Assembly (NCBI RefSeq): GCF_036321535.1
Contig: NC_087437.1
Coordinates: 75,518,001-75,582,000, forward strand
Length of the DNA: 64,000 nucleotides
Origin: Camelus dromedarius
Taxonomy: Eukaryota
Direction: 5' to 3'
Below the pieces are notes generated by a model. The model made no database searches. It was not told the origin of the DNA and saw only the letters and a list, made by a program, of their open reading frames with translations. The position numbers were made by a program, and so were the translations under genes. This document shows, one piece after another, positions 13,187 to 25,709 of this stretch; positions within the stretch are counted from its first letter, which is position 1, and each line of letters starts with the position of its first letter.

Positions 13187-13884
13187 ACCGTAGCAGAAGC
13201 TAACAGACTTGCCCACAACCACACAGAGGTGGCAAGTGGTGAGGACTAAATGTTCCTCTGTACCTGCAGCCTCCACGGGAAATGCTGACCCATGGGGAGG
13301 ATGAACTGAAGAGGAGTCAAGTGGACAGGGGGAGGGTAACAGCTCTGAGGCGGCACACTGACACGTGCTCGGAGCTTAAACTCCAAGGGACTGTCACCCT
13401 CATTCTGTGTAACAGGAGGCCACGTTCTCTCCGTCATATCTGAGGATTCTCAGTTGCCAACATTCTTGTCTCCAGAGCCACAGAATACACTCAGTGTGCA
13501 CAGCATTTGTATGAGACACCCAGGGCTCGGTTCTGATCTCAAGGCCCTTCTGAGGGTGGGAGGCTGGAGAATGCACCCCTGGACACACTCGGTGAGCCAC
13601 TTTAAATTTAATCTAATTTCACAGGGTAAGAGGCTCTGGAAGAAAGCTTAATGTGAGTACAAAAGCACCATTTCAACCCTTCTGGGAAAATAAGGGCATT
13701 TGTTCTTCTGAAGAGCTGAAAAGAAGTTTTGGCACAGAGCCTGGCATCTTTCTTGGTAGGAGCATCAGTCTTTGTATTCAGATGAGTAGGGGGGACAAGT
13801 CCCAACTCAGAGTGGCAGGCTCCTTTCATAGTGGGGACACCTGAGTCTTGCTGTCAATACCAGTAGGTGCTTTAGAAGGAGGCA

Positions 13885-14000
13885 GGTGAGAGCAATGGGT
13901 TCTGGAGTTAGGCCTGCTTCCAGCTCCAAAATTTACTAGTTATAGGACTTCGATAATACAACTGTCCTTAGGCTCTTGCTTCACCTGTAAAACCGATGTT
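13885..14000 (+). mobile_element. MIR fragment
   Basis: 'ttctggagttaggcctgcttccagctcc...tcacctgtaaaa'. Confidence 0.55.
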
Positions 14001-16249
14001 TGGGGTAGCAGTGGGTACAAATAGTCTCTTTAGTCCCCAGGACGATTTGATGAAGTAAAATACCCAGCTCCACGGTAGGTACACAAATATTTTTTTCACA
14101 CTCTACCTCCTTCCCCTTATCTTCCATTGTCTTTCTAACTTATCTTAACAACAGGAGGAAGTTGCAGGAGTCATGGAGACAAGAGCTTTGGTCCCGAAGA
14201 AATCTGAGGCCAAGACAAGCTCCTCCCTTTCTCATGCCAACCTTCCTCACTCCAAGCAATGTTATTGTCATATTTAAAAAATTGAGAAGCCACAACTTTC
14301 AAGAATAGATTCAAAAGAAGAAGAAATCCACAAAATGGCAAAAGGCAAGTCTGAGGATGTAAGAGTGGAGAAAACTTTCTTTCAGAGAGACAGTCCTGGA
14401 CCATAGATCTGCTTTGCTCACGGTAACAAAAGAGTAGGTGCTCACAAGAATATGGAGTACAGTTCAATGGTTGCCACCCTGCCCCCTCCCTCCTCTACCT
14501 TTTTTGTCTCTTAATTTCTTTCTCTGTTAGTACAACAGTTAGTATTAACTGTACTAATAGTATTCGTCAGTACAACAGCTTGATAAGCAACTTGCCAGTG
14601 TTGTGGGCACAAAGACAAAAATCGATCTGTGTCCCAGAGTCCAGTCCAGCAGAAAGGGATATGCAATGACACCACACATGGCGTGTGCTAGACTTCCGCT
14701 GGGGACAGTGCACATGCAGAAGAGAAAGTGACACCTCCTCTGTGAAGCCATCCTCAATCCCTCAAAAATACTATCTTTGAAAATTAAAGAGAATTTAGTT
14801 GAGGGGTCTGGGGAGCAAAGTGAGGGCCCTCATGAAGTCATTTTAACTCTGCAAGTGGGTATAATGGGAGGTCAGTTCCAAAACACCATCAGCCTTAATA
14901 TTCACATTAGTAATTTAGGACTAACTTGCCTAAGGTCACAGAGATTAATTTCTATGTGGCAGAGCCAGACCTTACTCTAGATCAGGTCTTGTCACCCTCC
15001 AGGTAGTAGCCTGTATGGACATCTGTCAGGCGCGACTTAGTAAAGCTCTTATTCGTCCATACTGCAGCAAGCAGCTCTGCAAAGGCTTCGGCCGGCTGAC
15101 TGCAGGTGCAGCCCAGAGCACCCTGCCCCAAGACCATACCAGCGCCTAGAAGTTCTCAAGCAGGAAGAGAGGGAGCCCAGGAAACCTCACACTGCGCTTC
15201 CCCATGCACATGCAGTCCAGAGCTAGGGAGGAGGCAGGCCCGCCGGAGGACTGGAAGGGATGGAGAAATGCTGACAGTTCCGAAGCACATTTCCTAACAT
15301 TCCTCAAAAGGTCCCAAAAGACTAAACTCAGCCCCTGGAGATGGTGACCTAATCAATAATGCATGGCTGTGCCGACCCTTTTTCTTTCGTTCCTGGTCTT
15401 AGTCCCCCTGAACTGTGGTCTTACCTCCTGTCTAAACCAGTCTTTGCTGTAGCCTGCGTGTCCCTGAAATCAGAGCCTGAGATGGTCGCTCTAAAAGTTT
15501 CATCCTCAAATGGTCCAAGGATGTATCCTTCCTGATTTAAACATCACTGAGGAACTTTATTTTCATTTCTGTGATAAAATGACCCATATTTTTGGTCTCC
15601 TGGATGATCACTTTAAAACGCTGCTACACAGTTTCAGCGTTAATGTTGCTTTGGTTCGGCATGAAGCTGGACCATTTTGCCTCATGTTAAAAAGGACAGG
15701 AGCAGACATGTTTTCATCAACTGAAGACCAAATGACATGCCTCATGGAAAGATCACCAGTAGCTCAAAAAATAATAATTTTGTGCTAAAAATCATTTATG
15801 TCATACGAGGGGATACAAGAATTTTCCCAAAAAAGAGAATTAAGTATTATTCAAATCTGAGAAAAAATGGCCTTTATATAATTGTCTCTCAGAGTTTATA
15901 CATCTAGTCTTAGACCAGACTTGCATTTGTAATCACCTCCAGGTATTTTTACTCTTAAAACTCGGGACTCTGCACTCACCTAGTCAAAAGTATGATATCA
16001 TCTTTTTACCATAACATCTAGCCTTTCTAAACCTTCTTAATTTTGCAAGGCACTATTTTTCTACATATCAAAATTTCTGAGTTCTACAACAACTGCAGAG
16101 AGCCCTCCAAGAATCCTCCAGCTGCTGCTTTTTCATTCTCACCATCACGACCCTGTTAGGAACTGTACTTGAAGCTCTGTTTACAACTTCCACTTAACTA
16201 TCTCACAAGATTAACTGATTTTCTCCATTTCTCCTAGGAAATATACTTT

Positions 16250-16670
16250 CTTAGGTCAGGCTCCCTGGAAGTATGGCCAGAGATGAGAATTCTTGTGCAG
16301 CTGATTTTTTAACAGTATACCTTCAAGAGAAAGCTGTAAGGAAGTGAGGGAAACAGGGCAGAGAAGGGAAAGAAGCCAGGTGAAGATGAGCTTGGCTAAG
16401 TCTGGTCTCTAACAAATGGCACTACAGTCTTATTCATCCTTGAGGTAAGGGGTCAATATTTTGTATCCTCAAATCAGTCAGTCATTGGCCTTGGGCCATC
16501 CCAGATGGGACAGCACAGCTTCCCAGGCATCCCTGGGCAAGCGCACTTCTCTAGAGAAGGGTGCATCCACAAGCCATTGGAGGCCAACATTCGTAACAGC
16601 GGAGGGTGGGGTGCACCTGCCCAGCAAACAGGATCTGAGCAGGACATCAACAGGGACTACTACTCTTATT
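16250..16670 (-). mobile_element. ERVL LTR (LTR33/LTR16-like)
   Basis: 'ttaggtcaggctccctggaag...gagatgagaattcttgtgcagctgatttt' is the reverse complement of an ERVL LTR 3' end. Confidence 0.65.
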
Positions 16671-16689
16671 GACACCTGTCCAGTGACAT

Positions 16690-17110
16690 AGCTAGTAGTC
16701 TACAAGGTCCAGCCAGGAAACAGCAAGAAGAAATTAATTACAGGAAATTGGGTGATGGGAGAGATGGGAAGCGACAGGAATGAGTGAGGCAATGCAGTGA
16801 TTAGCAATGACAAGAAGCTGCAACAGCCCCTGGGCTGGAGGGACAATGAGAGGTGGTGTTAGCAGTCACAGGTGTAGGGGGCTAGAACCCTGAGGTGATG
16901 CAGAGGAGACATTCCAGGAAGTGAGGATGTGGGGCAGTAGTCTGGCTTCTCCCCTCCAGCCCTCCAGTTCTCTGCCTGTGCTTCCTAGAGGTCAGACCTA
17001 CCAGAAGCCGGAGGGAAAGGGGGCTATGGAAATGTAGCTCCTTGTGATGCACAGCAGAGTAAGGGAAGGACAGAAGGAGAACAGGACCATCAGGCAGATG
17101 ATGGACACAG
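16690..17110 (-). mobile_element. Old ERVL-class LTR remnant, family uncertain
   Basis: 'aggtccagccaggaaacag...aattacaggaaattggg...cccctgggctggaggga' resembles ERVL/MLT-type LTRs. Confidence 0.5.
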
Positions 17111-18889
17111 TCACTAGAGTACACCTGCACCCTTCTCTTCATAACCTGTGAGGTACAAGCTCACCAAAACCACTGCGTGTCACCCATTTTCTCTGCTGTT
17201 ATACAGAGTCAACTAATTTGTGGTCTTACACATCTCTTTAGATGAACCTAGAAGAAATAAAATTCATGCCAGGTCTTAAAGCCAATGAAATCAAATGTAG
17301 ACCAGGTGGTGTTGCTCTAGCTTGGTCCCTAGTTGGAAGAGACCAACTCTGAAAGCTTCAGTCCCTCCTGATGCCTATTCCCAACCTCAGATTAAATCTA
17401 GGAAAAGTGGTAAGAAAAAGTTGGAGGATTCTGAAAGTAACATTAAGAACTGAGTTTCAGTTTGTTAGTAATTTTGGCACAGATTGACTTGGCAGGACCT
17501 TCCCTTTGCTTAAACTTCCATTTTCCCCTTCATACGTCTGGATAAATCATCCTTGATATTTGATATTACTTGATATTTTCAAACTGTTAGTCATCATCTG
17601 AAGTGTTTTACCATGCACTAAATAACATAATTAAGCATTAACCACAGGTCCAAATTTAGTGGGCACATTTACATGTGTCTTTAATTACTTGTCAATTTGT
17701 GTCAGTACCTGGAACCACTCAAGAGACAGTTCAGGCAAAGACTGCCCCTAGGGGCTTAACAAAGTGATTACAGGCTTATTAGAAAATACAGACAGACAAG
17801 CCTCCCAGGTTTTGTTCTCCACCACCTGCAAATCAAATAGCTGGAGAAAAAAAAATACAGGTTTGCTACGAGTGGAGCAATTTTCCAAGTATATATACTA
17901 TATGCAGATACACACACTTGTTTCCATGTAGTAAACTAAAGAAAATAAATAATAGAATTTTGTAAATGTTCTCAACCCTGTAACTCTTTAAGACAAGATC
18001 TGGAAGATCTATAAGCTCTAACTCTCTATTGAATTCACAGTGCATTTTGATGAATGGTAAAATCTTACACAAGAAATAGGATTAGCGTGCGGGCGTTTAG
18101 CACACAGTTGCCAAAACCCCATTTATTTAAAAAATGACTGAATGTGTCTGTTAAATGTTGCATTAAAACAGTTTATAATACTTATATACTGGGGTAAATG
18201 ACAGAGTCAAATATTCATGATAAAATATACCAAATATACTCACATCTTCCCCAAATCCCAATTTTAAATGGCCTCTTAAGCTTTCCAATCAGTCTTGAGA
18301 TGCACCAAAGGGGATTCCTGTTCTGTATCTGCTGAGATGGGAAATCAAATCTATAAACATAACACACAAGCAAATTCATTCTCACTGCCAATATGGATGT
18401 GGGATGCAGTTAATTTCCAGTGATTAACAACTTTCGAGAATCAGAATTTGGACCATTATACTATAAAATTTCTCTTGATAATCCAAATGAATTACTCTGG
18501 CTTGCCAAGAAATTTCAAAAAATTTAACAATTAAGCCAGCTGATTTCTTCCAACAAGTATGAAGGGAACAATATGCCATTAACTCCAGCAGAATATGATT
18601 GATGAAAATAACACAAATATATTAACTGACACTTTTGTCGAATTTTGCATGCTTCAAGTATTTTTCACCTGAAAGCAATTTAGAATATATCTAACTGTTT
18701 TTTATCTATGTAAGACTTTTTTCTTATAAATAAGTATCAAAACTGGGGATAAAATAATATATTTTATTAATTTAGCCTAGAATTTTTCTCTAGAAAAATA
18801 TATTTGTTCCATTACAGGTAAATATGAATGGTCTAAGGAAAACAAATTGGGGCGATGGAGAGGGGAAAGAAAGTGCTAATTAAAAGAAA

Positions 18890-19850
18890 TGTTGGGGTAT
18901 ATCAAAGGACCTCAAGGAGCCCCTAATGGCCAAAGATGGAAATTTTAAGCAGCAAAATAAATTATAATATTGGATTATAACCCCCTAAATTTTTAAAAAT
19001 CCATGTGTCCATACTGACATAAACGGTTGAATAAATAACATTTTTCCTTACCAAAGAATTCTGAAGAATATATAGTACATACTACCCTCCCCCAGGAGGT
19101 GGAGCTTAATTCATCACCCTTTGAGTGTGAGCTGGACTTAGCTATTCACTTGCAACAAGTAGAGTATGAAAAGGGGGAAAATAGTAACTTTACAGTGGGA
19201 AAACCTGGGCAGACATCATCTTAACCAGGTGATCAAGGTTAACATTATAGCATGTCTCCCCACCCATATGATAAGAAGGGCACTTCACTCGTACAGTGTT
19301 CTGCCACAAAACCCACTAACCCCAGTCTTACCAGGAGAGAAACAACAGAAAACCACACTGAGAAACAGTCAACAAATTATCTGACCATTACACCTCAAAA
19401 CTATCATGGTCACAAAAACAAAGAGAGAGAGAAACTGCCGCATATTAGAGAAGATTAAGGAGATATAACTATTAAATGCAACAACTATTGAACTATTAAA
19501 TGCAACATGGAATTCTTGGTTGGATGGAATAGAAAAAAAAAGGTTGTATATGAATGACTGGGATGTTGTGCTGTTCACCAGAAATTGACTTATTATAATT
19601 GACTGTACTTCAAAAAACAAACAAACAAAAAAAAAGTAGCAGAAAACTGGTAAAATTCAAATAAAATTTGTAGTTTAGTTAATAGCATTTTATCATTGCC
19701 AGTTTCTTAGTTTTGACAAATGAACCATGGCTATATAAGATGTTAATGGGAAAGCTGGGTGAAAGTAAACAAGAACTCCAATATTCTTGCAACTTTTCTG
19801 TAACTCTAAAATTATTCCAAAGCAAAATTTTAATTACAACCAAATAAAAA
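18890..19850 (+). mobile_element. L1MB/L1MC-type 3' UTR
   Basis: 'tcttaaccaggtgatcaaggttaacat', 'actattaaatgcaacatggaattcttgg', 'gcaacttttctgtaactctaaaattattccaaa'. Confidence 0.8.
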
Positions 19851-21055
19851 AGAATACAACATATACAAATATGTGGAGTGTAGTGAAAGCAGTCCTTTAA
19901 GGGACATTTATATAGTCATAAAAACATTAAAAATGAATAAATGCTGAAAATTTATGAAATAACCATAAAATCTAAGAAGTTGGAAAAATAACAAAAGAAC
20001 AAACTTAATAGTGGAAATAAATGAAATAGAATATATATATAAAATTGAAAAGGGTAGTCAAAAACTGATAAGACTAAAAATTAACAATAGACAAACTTCT
20101 GGCAAAATTAAAGGAGAAAATTATTATAAAAAAGGTGGCATAACTACAAATAAGGCTGAAATTTGAAAATATCAGCAACTTTCTGCAAATGGATTTGAAA
20201 ACAATTTCCTAGAAATCTTTCCTTTGCAAAATTGCCCCCCACCCCCAAACAGAAAGCTTAAAGAATCCTACAATCATTAAAGAAACTGGATAATAAACCC
20301 TTCCCCTCTCTCCCTCTCACTCACACACACACAGCAGGCCCAGATGGCTTTCCAGATGAACTCAACCGAACTTCAAGGACAGTATCACCTTGGTATTAAA
20401 ACCAGGCAGAATGAGGAGAAAAAATAAGCAACCTATTTCCCTCGTGAAAATAGACAGGGAAATCCAGACAAAATGTTAGTGCACCAGATCTAACAATGTT
20501 TAAACAGGTAATAGACCGTGACTGTGCTAATCACGTGTCCTCTAACAAGCAGACAGCATGACGAGATAACACAGACAAGAGGTTTATTGAGGGAAACTCT
20601 TACAAAGGGTAAAGGACAGAAGGCAGCAGAACTTTCAGACGGTGACTTGGAAGGAGTGAAGGAGGAAACGGAATAAAAAGACCCTCAGACTGCAGTGCAG
20701 TTCTAAGAAAGTTTTGACAAGGCCACCGGGGAGCCCTTAGGCCAGTCACCCATTAGAGGACCCCCGTGCCCTCAGGAATGAGTCTGCGTTAGTATTGCCA
20801 TGGTGCTCCATCACTGGCTGAGTAAACAGTGGCCGAGCATCTGGTGAGATCAGTCTGGCCCGAGGTAAGCATGGACAGAACACAAAGGCGGTGTTTCCTT
20901 CAGAGGGCAGCAACTGGGGCTGTCAATCAATGATACTCCGTACAGTAGGTGATCCGGGCCCTATATTTTCATGGCTGGCACAGTGACCAAGTTGGGTTTT
21001 CTCCAGGAATCCAAAGGTTTAATATTAGAAAGACTTATAAATGTGACTTAGCACA
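19850..21055 (+). mobile_element. Ancient L1 ORF2 remnant interrupted by an LTR
   Basis: 'caggcccagatggcttt' (GPDGF-like). After the LTR, 'gaccaagttgggttttctccaggaatccaaagg' reads DQVGFSPGIQ, matching L1 RT 'HDQVGFIPGMQ'. Confidence 0.7.
20523..20982 (-). mobile_element. ERVL solo LTR (LTR16-like), complete
   Basis: TG...CA termini with an exact 5-bp TSD gtgac (20518-20522 and 20983-20987). Confidence 0.88.
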
Positions 21056-21056
21056 T

Positions 21057-21379
21057 GTGTTGGACCCAAATTTTGTGTGCCCCTTCAGATTACCTTGACT
21101 CACATACTCCACAGAACTTACCATCACTGCTAGGACCTGAGTAGTCATTTTCCCCAGTAAGTATCAGACCCTCCCTTTTGGCTACCACTGCAGAACCAAG
21201 CCAATCAGCCATATACCTGGATTCTTGTCATTGACTCACCTGGGTTATGTTCTCATCCCACCTACCACGCTGGCTACCCAACTCCCTAACTGATTTCTGC
21301 TGGGAGGACTATCTTAATAAGTCATTTGCACCTAAACCTTTGGCTAAGCAGCTGCCTGTAGTAGAATCTCCCCTAAGAC
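21057..21379 (+). mobile_element. ERVL LTR remnant (LTR33/LTR16-like)
   Basis: 3' end 'cttaataagtcatttgcacctaaacctttggctaagcagctgcctgtagtagaatctcccctaagaca'. Confidence 0.55.
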
Positions 21380-21479
21380 ACAAATGAATGCACTCAAACT
21401 CCCTGACAGGTCATCCTTGAAAGTCCCGAGCTGTTCTTTTTCATCTTCACATCTCAGCAAAACTGGCATTTTACTCTGT

Positions 21480-22400
21480 GAACAAGACACTCAACTTCTC
21501 ACATACTCTGTGATGCTCCTCCCTTGACCCAGCCTCCTACTTTTCCTGCGCCTCTCAGATCTCTCCCTCGTGCCCTCTGAAAACCTCACTCCACAATAAA
21601 CTGCCCTTTACCCATAACCTGCTGAGATTTCTGCTATTTTCCAGCCTCAACTGAAACCTGATTCATTCCCAAAGGTGCCATTTCCCCTTCTCTTTTTCCT
21701 TAGGAAGGAGTGATTCATTTTTCCATCTTTCTCACACTGGAATCTGTAGATAAGAATCTGGCAATCTCCTTGTTCAGCAATGTTCTTTCCAAACCATCAC
21801 TTCCGTATCTTCGGTGCTTTTGGATTTCACTGTGAAAACCGAAACTCTGAAGTGACCCTTGCTCCTACACAGGAGGGCCCCCAGGGAGTGTCAGCTATAT
21901 TAAGCTGGTTGGGGCATATATGGTTGGGTTATAGTATTCTTTATAGCCTTCATAGGTATAAAGTGTTTTTTAACAAATACTTTGTGGCTTGGGTCATCTG
22001 TCTTAGCCTCCCTATGCCCCTTCCTCATTTGTTATCTACTAAATCCTGATCAGCTCCTGTAGATTTTGAAAACTAGCACCAAAACTCAGTCTCCCTCACC
22101 ATCTTGGGTAATTTTGATGCCCACGTGACAACAAATCTAAAACTCCATGAAAAAATAATCAAGAATTCCAAAGCCAATCACTTCTTCATTCAATCTGTCA
22201 TCTCCATAGATGAAATCCTGCCCTTATCACCCAGAACAGCTCTACCCATTAAATCTCAAATTCAGAGAGCAGCCTGCCCTGGCACAACCCTATCATTCTC
22301 ACCTCCTTTCTCATCTCCCACTACACTGTCTTAAGATTTCCAAGCCCTGACTCCATCTATTGCCCCCATTTTCACTTAGGCTATTCTATACTTCCTGGGT
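21480..22400 (+). mobile_element. L2 ORF2 (endonuclease region) remnant
   Basis: C/T-rich. 'atcttgggtaattttgatgcccacgtg' (22101-22127) reads ILGNFDAHV, matching the APE endonuclease motif ILGDFNIHV. Confidence 0.65.
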
Positions 22401-22589
22401 CTTTCTAAAAAAACAACATTTTGAGCTTTTTTTTTTTTTTTTTAAGAGTAAACAGGTTTCTTTTCCTTGTTGCCAAGATGATCTTGATAAAGCTGATAGC
22501 CTAGTTTATATATAATTAGATCAATCCTATAATTTGTCAATGTGTAAATTTTTAGGAGTGATGTTTAGCAACTGATGTGGTTATTTTAG

Positions 22590-22680
22590 AGGAAATTTAG
22601 ATTCTCACAAGAAGACCAGTCATGTGGACAGGAAGGAACAGTAGGGATAGCACGCCTAGATTCCAAAAAGGCTTTGGGTT
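22590..22680 (+). mobile_element. CR1/L3 reverse-transcriptase remnant
   Basis: 'gtggacaggaaggaacagtagggatagcacgcctagattccaaaaaggctttg' reads VDRKE/VGIARLDSKKAL with a frameshift, resembling CR1 'VD.G..VDVIYLDFSKAF'. Confidence 0.5.
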
Positions 22681-23999
22681 TTCTCTTCCCCACATAAGAT
22701 AAAAATATGGTAAAAGTCCTACTATTCCTAATTATCATTCAATACAATCAGAGATGAAACAATAGTAAACCAACATCCCTAAATGTATCCTACACTTAAC
22801 TTCAGTGTTTATGATTGTACATTCTATGAGATTAAAAAGTCCCTCCAATTAAGAACACCAAGTGCATATCCACTTTAAAAAATGAATTCGTGGTTTTTTT
22901 TTATTTTGGGGGCTTAAAAACCAGTTTTGGAAGCCACTATTCACGATTTGTTAAAGTGGAAGTACCCTTTCTGAGGCTGGAAAACTAGTAAAAGGTCACA
23001 ATGACTTTCCAGGGACCCAAAGATTTACATACTGAGTGTGGGCCCTCTATTTCTAGGGAAACTGAGGAAGGCTGAAGGAAAGTATTGAGTGAGACCAGAG
23101 TTCTTTCTGGTTAGTCTTGGAGCAATTCCTAGGAAAGATTTCTATGTTCAGAAGGAAAAAAACAAGAATTGTTAGAACTACCTGGGTAGAGAAGAAGCTC
23201 TTAACAACTCCTTTGAAGTGATTCCATAGAAGTCACTGACCTGTCTCTTCCCTTCAGCAGTACCACAAGCCCCAGTCAAAAGGTACACGGGGAAGAGACG
23301 ATTCACCTGTGTACTCTACGCTGTGCATCTGCAGAGACACAGATTTCAGAGACATAATTCTCATCTGTTCCTTCCGCTGAGCTTTCGTTGTTTTTTTTTC
23401 CCCACCAGGCCCCAACTCTAGTAAAGTGGGTAATATTTTACATGCTCTGCATATACAGTATCCCAGGTCATAGCTGTCCTCCACAGATACTGATTTTAAA
23501 TTGGCTAGAGAGTAGAAGTATGTTTCTGATAGCCATCCTTCTAACCTGGAGATGTTAGGTGTAATAAGTTAGATTAAGACAAGTTCAGAAGAACAAGTAA
23601 TTTTGAATCTAAAAAAATACTGCCAACTCAGTATTGAGGGGGAAAATGGACGTTGAAGTATTTTATGATATTGACCGAAGGGTAAAACAGTAAAAGGAGA
23701 AGTAAGATTCTAAGTAGGCAGAATTGAAAAATATGATGATAATAAACTAATCAATTACAGATCATTTTCTCTCTTTAAGAAAATCTATGGTAGAGTAAGG
23801 TAGATTTTTCCTTCCCAGAAATTCCTCTCTTCTCTGTAGCTGGCAGGGCTAATGGCATATAAACTATAGAAAAGAAAAAAAATTCAATTAGAACAGCTAT
23901 AGATAGAGCCTTAAAAGATGGAGAGTTAAAGGAGACTTCTCTATGGAGATAAATCTTTGAAAAGATGTTAAAAGGCTCGATAATTAGTTATGAGCTATA

Positions 24000-24150
24000 A
24001 TAGTCCTCATTTAAGTCCCTGTTTGATCTCCACTTGAAATGAGAAGGTGGAAATTCAGAGAGTAAGTAAACCGCTCAAAGTCACAAAAATACTTGAGCAG
24101 TGGACCCAAGTCCTCTTCCAAAGCCCATTCTCCTTCCACTCCACGCTGTG
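24000..24150 (-). mobile_element. MIR fragment
   Basis: 'aatgagaaggtggaaattcagagagtaagtaaaccgctcaaagtcaca'. Confidence 0.65.
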
Positions 24151-24469
24151 TGCATCATCAAGAGGCTGAGAAGCCACTTATCTTTTGGGCATGTGCAGGT
24201 GTGACCATTTCAGCCACACACATCTTTGGTGAGATGCGCTTTCTGGATGCTCTTGCCTTCCAGGTGGGCACTCAGACTCATATACAAAGTAAATAGAGTC
24301 AACTACAAAAAGCTGACCTTACAAAGCTTTTGTCTTTTGCTGCCCACAAAGATGGCTTAAGCAATAGGACCTCTTTCACTCACTCACAGAAGTAGCTCTG
24401 CTGTGGTTCATTTTGTAATTAATAAAAGTCACTCAATACTTGCTGGTGATGTGACAGGAGATTTGCTAT

Positions 24470-24640
24470 GTTATAAACACTCCTTTACTTAATCTTAGCA
24501 ATAACTCTATGAGATACATACTAATATGTCCATTTTATAGATGAGTAGATTGTGGGGCAACAGATTGAATAATTTACTACAAACCCATAGCAAATGGCAA
24601 GGCCTAAGTGTACAGAATCTGCTATTAACCTCATACCACA
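24470..24640 (-). mobile_element. MIR fragment
   Basis: 'ttaatcttagcaataactctatgagata...ccattttatagatgag'. Confidence 0.7.
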
Positions 24641-24773
24641 TGTTACAGAGGACAGAGAATATGACCCAGATACATGCCTTGATCAGTTTATTCTCCTCAA
24701 ATATCCAAAAGATTTATGTTGCCCCCAAAACACAAACTCTTCAAACTAAAATTTAAGATACCAAAATATAGTT

Positions 24774-24819
24774 CCAGGCTATCTTTGTAGTATCTCCCCC
24801 AGGCTATCTTTGTAGTATC
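24774..24819. repeat. Local tandem duplication, 25-bp period
   Basis: ccaggctatctttgtagtatc occurs at 24774-24794 and 24799-24819. Confidence 0.95.
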
Positions 24820-24859
24820 AACCCTAGTCGTCACACAACCCAGGATTCTGGTCACAGGC

Positions 24860-25150
24860 ACTTATGAGTCTGCTGACTGTGCCTGTGCTCCACCCAAAGC
24901 TGCTTCCACAGCCTGGGATATCCTTCATGCCAACACCCACCTGTCAAAGCCCCTTCCATCTTTCAAAGCCATGTCTTCCTTGAAGCTTTCTGAGATCCTC
25001 CCCCAAACTACTCTCCTTTACACTTCCATAGCAGTGTCATCACTTCCACTGTGGCATTTACCATGCTTGGCCTCTGATGAGTTATTAGATTAAGCCCACG
25101 GCTGACTGAGACTCTTTTTTCTTTGCGCATACACATGCCTCCCCTAGTAG
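24860..25150 (+). mobile_element. L2 3' region
   Basis: 'gcctgggatatccttc...ccatctttcaaagccatgtcttccttgaagctttctgagatcc'. Interrupted by the MLT1 at 25152. Confidence 0.6.
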
Positions 25151-25151
25151 A

Positions 25152-25709
25152 TATGATAGGCAACTTCTAAGAAAGTTCCAATGATCTGGCTCCTAGAATT
25201 CACACCCTTATGTAATTCCCCACCCTGAATCTAAGCTGGAACCAGTGACTCATTCTGACAAACAGAATACAGCAGAAGTGATGAGGTATAACTTCCAGGA
25301 TTAGGTTACAAAAAGATTGATTTCTGTCTTGGGCCCTCACTAGCTCTCTTGTTCTGAGTGAGCCAGCTTCCATGCTGTGAGCTGTCCTATGGAGAGGTCC
25401 ACAGGGCATGGAACTGAGAGAGTCCTTTTCCCCATGGCCAGCATGGAACCAAGACCTTCAGTTCCCACAGCCCACAAGGAACTGAATCCTTCTAACAACC
25501 ATGAGTGTGAGCTTCAAAGTAGATCCTGCTCCTATCCAGCCTTTGGATGAGATGTTGCCCTGGCTGACACCCTGACCACAACCTCTTGAGGGGCCTTGGA
25601 TCCGAGGCTCTCAGATTCCTGACCTGCAGAAACCATAAGCTAAGTGCTTGTTGTTTTAAGGTACTACATTTTGGGTTAATTTGCTGCACGACTATAGATA
25701 ACTAACACA
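25152..25709 (+). mobile_element. MaLR solo LTR (MLT1E/F-like), near full length
   Basis: 'ttcacacccttatgtaattcccc', 'ggattaggttacaaaaaga', 'cccacaaggaactgaatcct', end 'atagataactaacaca'. Confidence 0.88.
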
